NCBI GenBank assembly: GCA_964536615.1
Contig: CAZHYG010000005.1
Coordinates: 1-63,313 of the forward strand
Reading direction: 5' to 3'
DNA length: 63,313 nucleotides
Origin: an uncultured Gammaproteobacteria bacterium
Lineage (GTDB): Bacteria > Patescibacteriota > Patescibacteriia > Magasanikbacterales > GWA2-37-8
Shown: one piece after another, positions 29,432-37,985 of the stretch
Numbering within the stretch: position 1 is the stretch's first letter
Layout: each line of letters starts with the position of its first letter
Position numbers and translations under genes: made by a program
Notes under the pieces: model-generated
What the model was told of the DNA's origin: nothing
The model's database searches: none
Seen by the model: the letters and a program-made list of their open reading frames with translations, nothing else

Positions 29432-29642
29432 GTGTATACGATTTGCTCTTTTTATTAAGTAGTCAGATGAAGACAAGATGGTCGGTATATTATGGTTAGG
29501 ATGTCGTTGCTTTTATACTAAGACCATGTAGAGAATTTATCTCTACATGGATTGAGGGAAAAGGGTAATATCATCCTAAACATAGCCGGCACACATGCTG
29601 TGTGTTTGGTTAATGGCTGATTGTTCTTCATAGGGGGCTTTG

Positions 29643-29858
29643 ATGAGGAATCGTTTCTGGTTGTCGGCAGGGTGCATGCCTAGTGGGTCCAACACCGATT
29701 GTGCCACAAAGGACACCCGTCTCTCAATCCCATACCACCCGAAGCCGTCGGTGTCACCGCCGGCGACCGAGGCCGATTCGGAAGCGCCACCGCCGGCGAC
29801 CGAGGCCGATTCGGAAGCGCCGTCCAAGCACGGCATCCCGAAGGCTGTCATCCGATGA
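29643..29858 (+). CDS. candidate 71-aa acidic Pro-rich protein with 11-aa tandem repeat (coding strand uncertain)
   Basis: The SD AGGGGG lies 5 nt upstream of the ATG. GC is high at third codon positions, but the antisense 91-aa ORF (29576-29851) shares the same third positions. Composition therefore cannot choose the strand. The + strand is favoured by the promoter, the SD, the ATGA coupling to the next ORF and the + oriented terminators. Confidence 0.35.
   Translation: MRNRFWLSAGCMPSGSNTDCATKDTRLSIPYHPKPSVSPPATEADSEAPPPATEADSEAPSKHGIPKAVIR
29755..29820. repeat. perfect tandem duplication, 2 x 33 bp (CACCGCCGGCGACCGAGGCCGATTCGGAAGCGC)
   Basis: Copies at 29755-29787 and 29788-29820 are identical base for base. 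Confidence 0.95.
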
Positions 29859-29980
29859 TCGTGGTGATGTGTTCGTGGAGGTGTTGGCGAATACCGAGGG
29901 CACCTCTTCGGTGTATTGGGGCGGAGAACGTCCCCAAGATCCCAATCCTCGTCTTCGCCTACTGCTACTTCTACGGCTGA
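29855..29980 (+). CDS. candidate 41-aa Cys/aromatic-rich peptide (MIVVMCSWRCWRIPRAPLRCIGAENVPKIPILVFAYCYFYG)
   Basis: Its ATG overlaps the TGA of the previous candidate ORF (ATGA). The last 16 codons all end in C or G. This frame-specific bias is not shared with any long antisense ORF. Confidence 0.35.
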   Translation: MIVVMCSWRCWRIPRAPLRCIGAENVPKIPILVFAYCYFYG

Positions 29981-30002
29981 GCGACTTGTCGCCAGCCGCC
30001 AC

Positions 30003-30047
30003 GGCTGTCTATCTGTCCCGCATGCGGGCAGGAGGGGATAGACAGCC
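30003..30047 (+). other. long GC-rich compound stem-loop
   Basis: The outer stem GGCTGTCTATC / GATAGACAGCC is perfect over 11 bp. It encloses the palindrome CCCGCATGCGGG. No T-run follows directly. Confidence 0.7.
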
Positions 30048-30091
30048 GAATTCGTTGCCGTGTCTTTAAAATTTTTGAAGCCAGTGCAAAA

Positions 30092-30128
30092 AACACAACT
30101 CTACAAAATAGAGTTGTGTTTTATTTTT
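30092..30128 (+). terminator. rho-independent terminator
   Basis: Stem AACACAACTCT / AGAGTTGTGTT, loop ACAAAAT, then TTATTTTT. Confidence 0.65.
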
Positions 30129-30231
30129 AGTGTGCATAAAAGGCTTTGGCAACTATTGCATAAAAATTGTTTTTGATGTGTAGTCTTGTTATACTTTATG
30201 ACAAAACGTTTTTATTCATTAATACACATTT

Positions 30232-33200
30232 ATGCGTCATGCATATATGCGCTTTGCGGCAATAGTTGCAGTTGTTGTCGCGGCGTTTGGTGTAAGTACT
30301 GCTGCCCGTGCAGCCGATACTACACCGCCAGTAACAAATGTTACTGTGCCTGTTGCCGGTTCGGCAGTGGCGGGAACTGCGCTTACTCTTACAGCTACCG
30401 CGTCTGATGCGGTAGGAGTAATTGGTGTTCAGTTTATTTTAGACGAAACAGTTAGTTTAGGAGCTGAAGATGTTGTTGCTCCATATACAATGACATGGGA
30501 TTCCACGTCTGTGTCAAATGGCTTGCATACAATTTCTGCCAAAACTCGTGATGCAGCTCGAAATTATGCGGTAAGTATTATTAATATTACTGTAGACAAT
30601 GATGTACCTGCAGCCGGAACTATTCTTATTAATGGCGGTGCGGCATTTACCAAAAGCACAGCCGTAACCTTAACCTTGTCTGCTACTGACGCAGTTACCT
30701 CAATTACGCAAATGCGTTTTTCAAATAATGGAACCAGCTTTAATGCTGCCGTTGCGTATAATACAACTGCATCTTGGACGCTCACAACTGGTGCGGGCAC
30801 TAAAACTGTATACGCACAGTTTAAAGATGCAGCTGGGAATTGGTCGCCTGTTTCAACTGCCACAATTATTCTTGATACAACCGCGCCAACTATTTCAGCA
30901 GTAGCTACAAGTAGTATTACCGGCACCAGTGTTACTATTACCTGGACCACAAATGAACCGGCAACTTCTCAAGCAAATTATGGTTTAACTACTAGTTACG
31001 GTACAACCACAACACTTGACACAACGCTCGTAACTTCTCACTCTATTACTTTAACCGGTCTTAATCCAAATACTACATATAATTTTCGAGTTCGTTCTAA
31101 AGATGGAGCTGGAAATGAGCGAGTAGGTACTAATTTTACTTTTAAAACCGCTTCAGCGACCGATACCACTGCTCCGTCAGTGCCAACCAACTTAACTGCT
31201 GCAGCCATGTCAAGTGCTCAAATAGATTTGTCATGGACTGCTTCTACGGATAATGTCGGTGTTGTAGGGTACGAAGTATTTCAGGATGGCGTGCAGGTTG
31301 GCACAACCGCAAATACATTCTTTAGTAATTTTGGCTTGAGTCCTGCAACTGCCTATACTTTTGCTGTGCGTGCTTATGATGCTGCTGGCAATCGTTCTGG
31401 TTTTTCTGCTTCAGCCATAACAAGTACAACACAGGTGCCAACTTCAACAGGGGCTGCTTCTTTAGGCGCACACACTTTAGCGTGGTTAGCTTGTGGTAGT
31501 AACGGTCCGATAACGACCTCTCCAATTACCACACAAAGTTCAAATAGCACTTTGCTTGCTTGGGTTGCACGAGGAAATATTAATGACTTTACTGCAAGTA
31601 CAATTCCTACTGACAATAAAGGTAATGTGCTTAGTATGATTGGAACGGTTCACGATTATACCCCATACTGGGCTAATTCAGGAGAAGCAATGTATCAAAT
31701 AGCTTCTGCCAATGGCGGAGCAAATCACATCTTTACAGCTCCACTACCAACAGCAGATGAAGTTACTATGGCTGTGGTAGAAGTGAAAAATGGCGGTGTT
31801 ATTGCGGATGCGCAGTGGGTTAAGACAGTCGGCAGCGCCCCAAATACCAGCGCCAATGTAACAGTAAATGGTCCGGCAACTCTAGTTGCTTTATGGGCCG
31901 GAGATGGTGCTGATGTAAATATGACAGCTGTGCCAGATAGTGGCTTTACTGTTATTGATTCACAACTTGTTAATACTACTTGTGCTATCCAAACCGTGGT
32001 GGCTGTAAAAGAAGTAACTGCGGCAGGTACATATAACGTAACTTGGACTGCTTCTCCAGTGCAAGGTGCTCATCTATGGCTCATAGCGGTGCAATCTGCA
32101 GCTCCAGACACCACAACTCCTTCAGTTCCCGCAAGTTTAACAGCCGTTCCAGTTTCCGATACCCAAATTAATCTTTCTTGGACTGCTTCCACAGATAATG
32201 TTGGAGTAACTGGCTACCAAGTTTTCCGCAACGGCAGCACTACTCCAGTTGCAACCCCATCAACAAATTCTTACAGTGATACTGGTCTTACTGCCTCTAC
32301 ACTGTATACGTATACAGTTAAAGCAGTAGATGCAGCCGGAAATGTTTCTGGTACATCTTCGCCTGTGTCAACTACAACTTTATCTGTACCGCCACCAGAC
32401 ACCACTCCGCCAGTAGTTGTTATTACAGCACCATTACAGGGCGCTGTATTATCATCAGGAACAACTGCCACAACACTTAGTGTGAGTACAAATGAAAGCT
32501 CTACGTGTGCATACGCAACTACTGCCGGTACTCCGTTTGGTTCTATGACAGTATTTGGTACCACCGGAGCTGTGGCTCACAGCACTACACTTTCTGGTTT
32601 AACAAATGGTAGTGCATATACCTATTATGTAAAATGCAGTGATGTGTCTGCAAATGTTTCCAGCGATACATCCACCTCATTTTCAGTGGCAAATCCTGGC
32701 AGCGGAGTATTGGCACAAACAAATATTCAAAGCCAGCTCTTAACTGAATCAACTAATGCTCCAATCTCAGTAACAGGCGCAACCTTTACACCTCCAAGCA
32801 ACTCGTTGTTGGTTGTAAGTACGCTTATGATGAGCAATCAAGCTAATGGTACCGAAACTGTATCGGGCGGAGGCTTGACCTGGACAAAGCGCATGTCTTT
32901 TGTGTCTCCAATACATCCATCTGGTTATGAATATACTCAAGAAATTTGGACTGCCCCAGTAAGTACAGCTTCTTCAATGGCGGTGACTGTAGACTCTACC
33001 GGTACTTCGGGAACAGATCCGACCCGTGTAAATTTACAAATTATTGCTTTCACTGGTTATGATACAGTAGCGCCAATCGGCGCCACTGCCAGTGGTTCCA
33101 GCTTAGGTTCTGGCACTGCAACCATTACCTTGTCTGCCGCACCTGCCACTAACAGTGTGGTGGTTGCTACCAAAGGCACTGCTGATGTTAATAACACCAA

Positions 33201-33396
33201 CAGTTTAGCTACTCCTGGTACAGGCTGGACAGAAGTATTTGACCAAGCAACTTCTTACGGATATGGTGATATGGAAACAGAAGTTCGTACCGGCAGTAAT
33301 TCTACAGCCGTAACTTGGAACGATATGGCAGATCCTGCAGGCGCATCTTTATGGGAAGCAAGCGCGCTTGCATTGGAAATAAAAGCCGCAAATTAA
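30232..33396 (+). CDS. large secreted surface protein with Ig-like and fibronectin type III repeats
   Basis: 1054 aa. The signal peptide is MRFAAIVAVVVAAFGVSTAARA/AD, with a likely start at 30247. Several T/S/A-rich beta-sandwich repeats are present. These include FN3-like units such as PSVPTNLTAAAMSSAQIDLSWTASTDNVGVVGYEVF and PSVPASLTAVPVSDTQINLSWTASTDNVGVTGYQVF. Confidence 0.8.
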   Translation: MRHAYMRFAAIVAVVVAAFGVSTAARAADTTPPVTNVTVPVAGSAVAGTALTLTATASDAVGVIGVQFILDETVSLGAEDVVAPYTMTWDSTSVSNGLHTISAKTRDAARNYAVSIINITVDNDVPAAGTILINGGAAFTKSTAVTLTLSATDAVTSITQMRFSNNGTSFNAAVAYNTTASWTLTTGAGTKTVYAQFKDAAGNWSPVSTATIILDTTAPTISAVATSSITGTSVTITWTTNEPATSQANYGLTTSYGTTTTLDTTLVTSHSITLTGLNPNTTYNFRVRSKDGAGNERVGTNFTFKTASATDTTAPSVPTNLTAAAMSSAQIDLSWTASTDNVGVVGYEVFQDGVQVGTTANTFFSNFGLSPATAYTFAVRAYDAAGNRSGFSASAITSTTQVPTSTGAASLGAHTLAWLACGSNGPITTSPITTQSSNSTLLAWVARGNINDFTASTIPTDNKGNVLSMIGTVHDYTPYWANSGEAMYQIASANGGANHIFTAPLPTADEVTMAVVEVKNGGVIADAQWVKTVGSAPNTSANVTVNGPATLVALWAGDGADVNMTAVPDSGFTVIDSQLVNTTCAIQTVVAVKEVTAAGTYNVTWTASPVQGAHLWLIAVQSAAPDTTTPSVPASLTAVPVSDTQINLSWTASTDNVGVTGYQVFRNGSTTPVATPSTNSYSDTGLTASTLYTYTVKAVDAAGNVSGTSSPVSTTTLSVPPPDTTPPVVVITAPLQGAVLSSGTTATTLSVSTNESSTCAYATTAGTPFGSMTVFGTTGAVAHSTTLSGLTNGSAYTYYVKCSDVSANVSSDTSTSFSVANPGSGVLAQTNIQSQLLTESTNAPISVTGATFTPPSNSLLVVSTLMMSNQANGTETVSGGGLTWTKRMSFVSPIHPSGYEYTQEIWTAPVSTASSMAVTVDSTGTSGTDPTRVNLQIIAFTGYDTVAPIGATASGSSLGSGTATITLSAAPATNSVVVATKGTADVNNTNSLATPGTGWTEVFDQATSYGYGDMETEVRTGSNSTAVTWNDMADPAGASLWEASALALEIKAAN

Positions 33397-33417
33397 AAAT
33401 ATAAAGAAAAAGCATTT

Positions 33418-33445
33418 TAGCCCTGGCAACAGGGCTATTTTGTTT
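33418..33445 (+). terminator. rho-independent terminator
   Basis: Stem TAGCCCTG / CAGGGCTA, loop GCAA, then TTTTGTTT. Confidence 0.65.
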
Positions 33446-33624
33446 GATTTTTTATTGCTTCCGGTTATAATCAATAAAAGGGGGCAATCATGCGCAATCA
33501 CATTATTGTGGCAATTTTCCTAACAGGGTTGTTTACGTGTTCGGGAAACGCGCACATACATATTAAACAGTGCAGGATTGTCTGTTTTAAATATGATTTT
33601 TAGAGTATACTATGAACATAAGAA

Positions 33625-34590
33625 ATGGGCAGTAAAATATGTATGTTTAATATCTATAATTTTAAAAATAGAAATAATCAGGAGGGCGCTGGCGATTTGC
33701 TAACAAAAAAAATTGTAGAAAAACCGTCCGGTTTTATTACGTATCAAGATCCAAATAAAGACTTTACCTCTCAAGAGTTGCGAGTAAGTTTGTGGTATTT
33801 AAAAAATAAATCTTTGTTATATAAAATTACAGTGTTTGTTTTATTGTTTTTAGTTGTTTGTCTAATAGGTTTCAGCATATGGAAATGGACAGTGTTTATA
33901 ATTGGCTTTCCGGCAGCGCAGCGGGTGGATAGCGGTGCGGTACGTTTTGTAAATTATACACAAATTAACACTCGCTTTGCTGCGCAGCCAGTGCAGGTGG
34001 TGAGAACGCAGGTTTTGGCAGGTCGGTCAGGGAGTTATGATGTGGTTGCAGAGTTGGTCAATCCAAATGATCGTTTTTTTGTTTCATTTGAATATTATTT
34101 TGTCATTGATGGTAAAAAAACCGAAGTGCAAAAAACATTTTTACTGCCAGCAGAAAGCAGGTTTGTGCCGGCTCTTGGTGTTAAAGAAACAGGCGCAGGC
34201 ACGCCGGCCGTGGTGCTAGAGCATGTTGAATACACAAGAATCTCTAACAGAGAAATTCCTGATATTGCCACTTGGCAACAATACAGGCTTAATTTTACGG
34301 TGAGCGATTTTGTTTTTTCTCGAGGCTTAGCTCAAGCAGGCGATAATCCTGATGCAGTGCAATTTAAATTAACCAACAACAGTCCATATAATTTTGTTGG
34401 CGCAGATTTTTACGTGGTATTATTACAAACTGGCCAGTCGGTTGGTGTGCTGCCGTTGCATATTGATAGAATAAATTCGCTGGAATCAAAACAAATTGAT
34501 CTGCGCAATTTTGCGCCAAATATAAATGTGACAGAAATAGCTTTGTACCCTGTTATCAATATTTACGATGATGCGGTATATGCGCCGTAA
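33625..34590 (+). CDS. hypothetical membrane-anchored protein
   Basis: 321-aa ORF with one TM (ITVFVLLFLVVCLIGFSIW). It lies immediately upstream of rodA/ftsW. The start is uncertain and no motif was recognised. Confidence 0.6.
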   Translation: MGSKICMFNIYNFKNRNNQEGAGDLLTKKIVEKPSGFITYQDPNKDFTSQELRVSLWYLKNKSLLYKITVFVLLFLVVCLIGFSIWKWTVFIIGFPAAQRVDSGAVRFVNYTQINTRFAAQPVQVVRTQVLAGRSGSYDVVAELVNPNDRFFVSFEYYFVIDGKKTEVQKTFLLPAESRFVPALGVKETGAGTPAVVLEHVEYTRISNREIPDIATWQQYRLNFTVSDFVFSRGLAQAGDNPDAVQFKLTNNSPYNFVGADFYVVLLQTGQSVGVLPLHIDRINSLESKQIDLRNFAPNINVTEIALYPVINIYDDAVYAP

Positions 34591-34604
34591 TCCGTCTGTT
34601 TTCT

Positions 34605-35699
34605 ATGTTGCGTCTTGATAAATTATCTCCTCGCAGTTTTGATTGGCAGCTATTTATTTGCGTTGTATTTTTGGTTTTAATGGGATTGGCATCTGTGTAT
34701 AGTGTTGATTTGTCTCGAGGTTCGGAATTGTTTTATTTTAAAAAACAGCTTATTTCATTTGGAATCGGGTTGGGGCTGCTGTTGTTTGCCAGTATAAATC
34801 AGCACACGTTATGGCGATATGTGGCAAAGTGGGGGTATGCTTTTGCGGTTCTATTGTTAGCCGGAGTGTTGATTTTTGGACAAACTATCCGCGGTACTCA
34901 AGGCTGGTTTTCTTTTTTTGGATTCTCTTTTCAGCCGGTAGAGGTGGCAAAAGTGGCGCTTATTTTTATGATTGCATATATTGTTTCGCGGTTTGGCCGG
35001 CGGTTTGATCGTCCGTTATTTTTTTTCGGAACCGGGTTAGTGGCGTTTGCATGTATTGGCCTTGTAATGGCGCAGCCGGATTTGGGTTCGGCGCTGCTGT
35101 TAACATCCATTTGGTTTGGCATGATCTGGGCTGTGGGTGCCCGTCGACTTTATTTGGCAGGGTTTGTGGCGGCGGTTGCGGTATCAGCCGTGTTAGGTTG
35201 GTTTTTCTTTTTGCAAGATTATCAAAAAGATAGAGTATTGAACTTCATCGATCCATCGCGCGATCCGCTCGACAGCGGGTATAATATCGCTCAATCTACT
35301 ATTGCCATTGGTGCTGGACAGGTATTTGGTCGCGGGCTTGGTTTTGGCTCTCAGAGTCAGTTGAGATTTTTACCAGAAGCGCAAACCGACTTTGTGTTCT
35401 CTGTAATTGGTGAAGAACTTGGTTTTGCAGGGGTTATAGCTATGTTTTCTTTATTTGCGGTGCTATTTTGGCGATTGCTCCGTATTATACAAAAAACTGA
35501 AGATGATTTTGTAGCTACTACCGCCACAGGTGTTTTAATATTATTTTTTGTGCAGCTTATGACTAATGTTGGAGCTAACCTGGGGCTTTTGCCGATTACA
35601 GGGGTCACTTTGCCTTTTGTCAGCTACGGAGGGTCATCCTTGATTGTAAACATGTTTTTGGTGGGCGTAGTTGAAAGCATGACGGTGCGGAAGTACTAA
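34605..35699 (+). CDS. SEDS-family peptidoglycan glycosyltransferase (RodA/FtsW)
   Basis: 364 aa and polytopic. SEDS motifs are present: FQPVEVAKVALIF, PDLGSALL, LPEAQTDFVFSVIGEELGF and TGVTLPFVSYGGSS. Confidence 0.9.
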   Translation: MLRLDKLSPRSFDWQLFICVVFLVLMGLASVYSVDLSRGSELFYFKKQLISFGIGLGLLLFASINQHTLWRYVAKWGYAFAVLLLAGVLIFGQTIRGTQGWFSFFGFSFQPVEVAKVALIFMIAYIVSRFGRRFDRPLFFFGTGLVAFACIGLVMAQPDLGSALLLTSIWFGMIWAVGARRLYLAGFVAAVAVSAVLGWFFFLQDYQKDRVLNFIDPSRDPLDSGYNIAQSTIAIGAGQVFGRGLGFGSQSQLRFLPEAQTDFVFSVIGEELGFAGVIAMFSLFAVLFWRLLRIIQKTEDDFVATTATGVLILFFVQLMTNVGANLGLLPITGVTLPFVSYGGSSLIVNMFLVGVVESMTVRKY

Positions 35700-35826
35700 C
35701 TCTCATGCGCACATCTTGACATTTTCTTTAAAATAATTTAGTATTAGTCCATATATTTAGCACCGAAAGGCTGCGGTATTCGTTCTAAGTAAAGAGCGGG
35801 TATGCTCTTTTTCTTATCATTATAGT

Positions 35827-36189
35827 ATGTCGGCACATAATGGCAAGCACGATTCTTGGCGGAAAACGGTACAGTTGATAAGCCATTGTCCGGTTTGCAA
35901 TTTGGGGTATCCGGCAGATGCAATTAGGGTTTTTTCGGATGAACATGAGACAAAATTTGTTCACTTTACTTGTCCTAATTGCCGTACTTATTTTATGGCT
36001 ATTTTTATACCAATGCCAAAAGGTATTAGTACGGTAGGTATGGTTACGGATCTGAGTTTTGAGGATATGAAAAAGCTGTACTCGTTACCCTCAATTTCAG
36101 TGGATGAAATGATTGAAGGAAGACAATTTATTAATAAAGATTTTATTTTACCGGTCAATTCCGGAAAAAATGATTTAATTCAACAATAA
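35827..36189 (+). CDS. hypothetical zinc-ribbon protein
   Basis: 120 aa with CPVCN ... CPNC (a four-Cys ribbon). Its stop lies 1 nt before the bL25 start. Confidence 0.55.
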   Translation: MSAHNGKHDSWRKTVQLISHCPVCNLGYPADAIRVFSDEHETKFVHFTCPNCRTYFMAIFIPMPKGISTVGMVTDLSFEDMKKLYSLPSISVDEMIEGRQFINKDFILPVNSGKNDLIQQ

Positions 36190-36190
36190 T

Positions 36191-36874
36191 ATGACATTGC
36201 AATTAGCAGCTCAGAAACGAGAAGCGCGCGGCGAACAAGTTCGTACTAAAACTGTACTTCCAGCCGTCGTATATGGTATGGGTGGCGCATCAACCTCCAT
36301 CACTTTAAATCATGACGAATTTGTTCGTTTATACAAACAGGCCGGCGAAGCAAGTTTAATTGATTTGTCTTTGGACGGTAAAGATGAGGGTAAAGTTTTG
36401 ATTCATGATATTGCCTACGATCCAGTATCTGATGCAGTTATTCATGTTGATTTGCGCCGCATTGATATGAATAAGCCAATGACTGCTACAGTAGAATTGC
36501 GCTTTGTGGGCGAACCACCAGTAATTAAAGAGCAGGGCGGTACCTTAATGCATAATATTTCAGAGGTAGAAGTTAAGTGTTTGCCAAAAGATTTGATTTC
36601 TCATATTGATGTTGATGTTTCTGTTTTAAAAACATTTGACGATCTAATTAAAGTTAAGGATTTAGCCGTGCCTGGATCGGTAGTAATTACCAGTCCTCAA
36701 TCTGAAGATTTGGTAGCAAAAGCAACTCCAGCAATCAGTGAAGCCGAGCTGAAGGCAATGGAAGATGCAGCAAAATCCGCTGTAGACTTGAGCAAGATTG
36801 AAACTGCTGGTAAGAAGAAAGAAGACGAAGAAGCTGCTGACGCAGCCGCAGAACCTGCAGCTAAAAAAGAGTAG
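36191..36874 (+). CDS. 50S ribosomal protein L25 / general stress protein Ctc
   Basis: 227 aa. LPAVVYG ... IHDIAYDPVSDAVIHVDLRRI is typical of the bL25/Ctc family. The tail is acidic and Ala-rich. Confidence 0.9.
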   Translation: MTLQLAAQKREARGEQVRTKTVLPAVVYGMGGASTSITLNHDEFVRLYKQAGEASLIDLSLDGKDEGKVLIHDIAYDPVSDAVIHVDLRRIDMNKPMTATVELRFVGEPPVIKEQGGTLMHNISEVEVKCLPKDLISHIDVDVSVLKTFDDLIKVKDLAVPGSVVITSPQSEDLVAKATPAISEAELKAMEDAAKSAVDLSKIETAGKKKEDEEAADAAAEPAAKKE

Positions 36875-36887
36875 TATACACATATTA

Positions 36888-36925
36888 AAAACTACCAGAC
36901 ATAAGTCTGGTAGTTTTGTTTTTGG
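36888..36925 (+). terminator. rho-independent terminator
   Basis: Stem AAAACTACCAGAC / GTCTGGTAGTTTT, loop ATAA, then a T-run. Confidence 0.65.
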
Positions 36926-36942
36926 TTTGTTATCATATATCT

Positions 36943-37983
36943 ATGAAATTAAATTTTTCAAAATCAATGGTATATGGTGTGTTAGGACTGGTGATAGTAA
37001 CTGGCAGTATTTTTGCGTATACATTAAGGCGGGTGGTAAGTACGGGCCAGCCAGTTTCGTCTGGTTCTTTTAAAAAAATATTGCATACTCCGATTATTAT
37101 TAGTCCTCTTGATGGTTTGCCTGCCAGTAGTTCTGCGGCTCAGGTAATCGGAGTTATGATTGACAATCATCCTGATGCGCGCCCGCAGTCGGGAGTGGCG
37201 CAAGCAAAAATTGTCTACGAAACTATGGTGGAAGGTGGTATTACTCGGTATTTTGCTTTGTATGATGCGGCTCAGCAAGTTGATCAGATAGGTCCAGTGC
37301 GCAGTGCGCGATTATATTTTTTGGACTGGATTCAAGAATACGGTGATGGTTTGTATGTACACTCCGGCGGCTCCCCACAAGCGCTGGCGGCAATTAAGCC
37401 GCGGCATGTATTTGATGCAAATGAATTTTTTTGGGGAAGATATTTCTGGCGCGACGATCGTAATTTTGCTCCGCATAATTTATATACTAGTACTGAAAAA
37501 TTACGCGCCATGATTGAGTATAGAGGCGTTAGCACTACGCTATTTACGCAAGAAGATGCTTGGAAATATGGAACAGATAACACAGCCGCCTCAAGCAGCG
37601 CCGGAGTATCAATAGATTTTAACTCCGCATATCAGGTGCAGTGGAGGTATGATCCCGACCTATCTTTATATCAGCGTGTGCGCAACGGTAGAACTGAAAA
37701 AGATTCTGACGATAAACTGGTTCAGGCGCACAATGTGATTGTGCAAATAGCTGATGTAGATGATATTGCTAATGATGATAAGGGACGGCAAGAAATTGCA
37801 ACAGTGGGAAGTGGGGAGGCATGGGTATTTAAGAAGGGTATAGTTATTCACGGTACTTGGAAAAAGAAAACGACTGCCGGCCGTACCAGGTTTTTTGATG
37901 ATGTTGGTAAAGAAATTATGCTTACACCGGGCAATACATGGGTAGAGGTTGCGCCAAAAGAAGCTGTGGTAAATTTTAAATAA
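36943..37983 (+). CDS. DUF3048 domain protein (YerB-like)
   Basis: The start was moved to ATG at 36943 (MKLNFSK), because the track start lies inside the upstream terminator. It has a TM anchor and VMIDNHPDARPQSGVAQAKIVYETMVEGGITRYFALY, typical of DUF3048. Confidence 0.8.
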   Translation: MKLNFSKSMVYGVLGLVIVTGSIFAYTLRRVVSTGQPVSSGSFKKILHTPIIISPLDGLPASSSAAQVIGVMIDNHPDARPQSGVAQAKIVYETMVEGGITRYFALYDAAQQVDQIGPVRSARLYFLDWIQEYGDGLYVHSGGSPQALAAIKPRHVFDANEFFWGRYFWRDDRNFAPHNLYTSTEKLRAMIEYRGVSTTLFTQEDAWKYGTDNTAASSSAGVSIDFNSAYQVQWRYDPDLSLYQRVRNGRTEKDSDDKLVQAHNVIVQIADVDDIANDDKGRQEIATVGSGEAWVFKKGIVIHGTWKKKTTAGRTRFFDDVGKEIMLTPGNTWVEVAPKEAVVNFK

Positions 37984-37985
37984 TA

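Noticed and set aside
29755-29820. Possible CRISPR array
   Set aside because: Only two directly abutting identical 33-bp units are present. There are no spacers and no cas genes in the window.
29576-29851. 91-aa minus-strand ORF as the real gene of the GC-rich block
   Set aside because: This is not fully excluded, because it shares third codon positions with the + ORF. I ranked it lower because I see no SD or promoter for it. The terminators and the coupled downstream mini-ORF also point to the + strand.
29683-30069. Arg-rich 128-aa plus ORF, and the 82-aa minus ORF at 29754-30002, inside the GC-rich block
   Set aside because: R/P/S-rich composition is the classic off-frame product of GC-rich DNA. 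Their third codon positions do not carry the GC bias.
29120-30070. tmRNA, SRP RNA or 6S RNA hidden in the GC-rich patches
   Set aside because: I could not find a tRNA-like acceptor/T-arm with a tag ORF, as expected for tmRNA. I could not find the GGAA-tetraloop/AGCA helix-8 motif of SRP RNA. I could not find end-to-end pairing with a central bubble, as expected for 6S RNA. Only a covariance-model scan can settle this.
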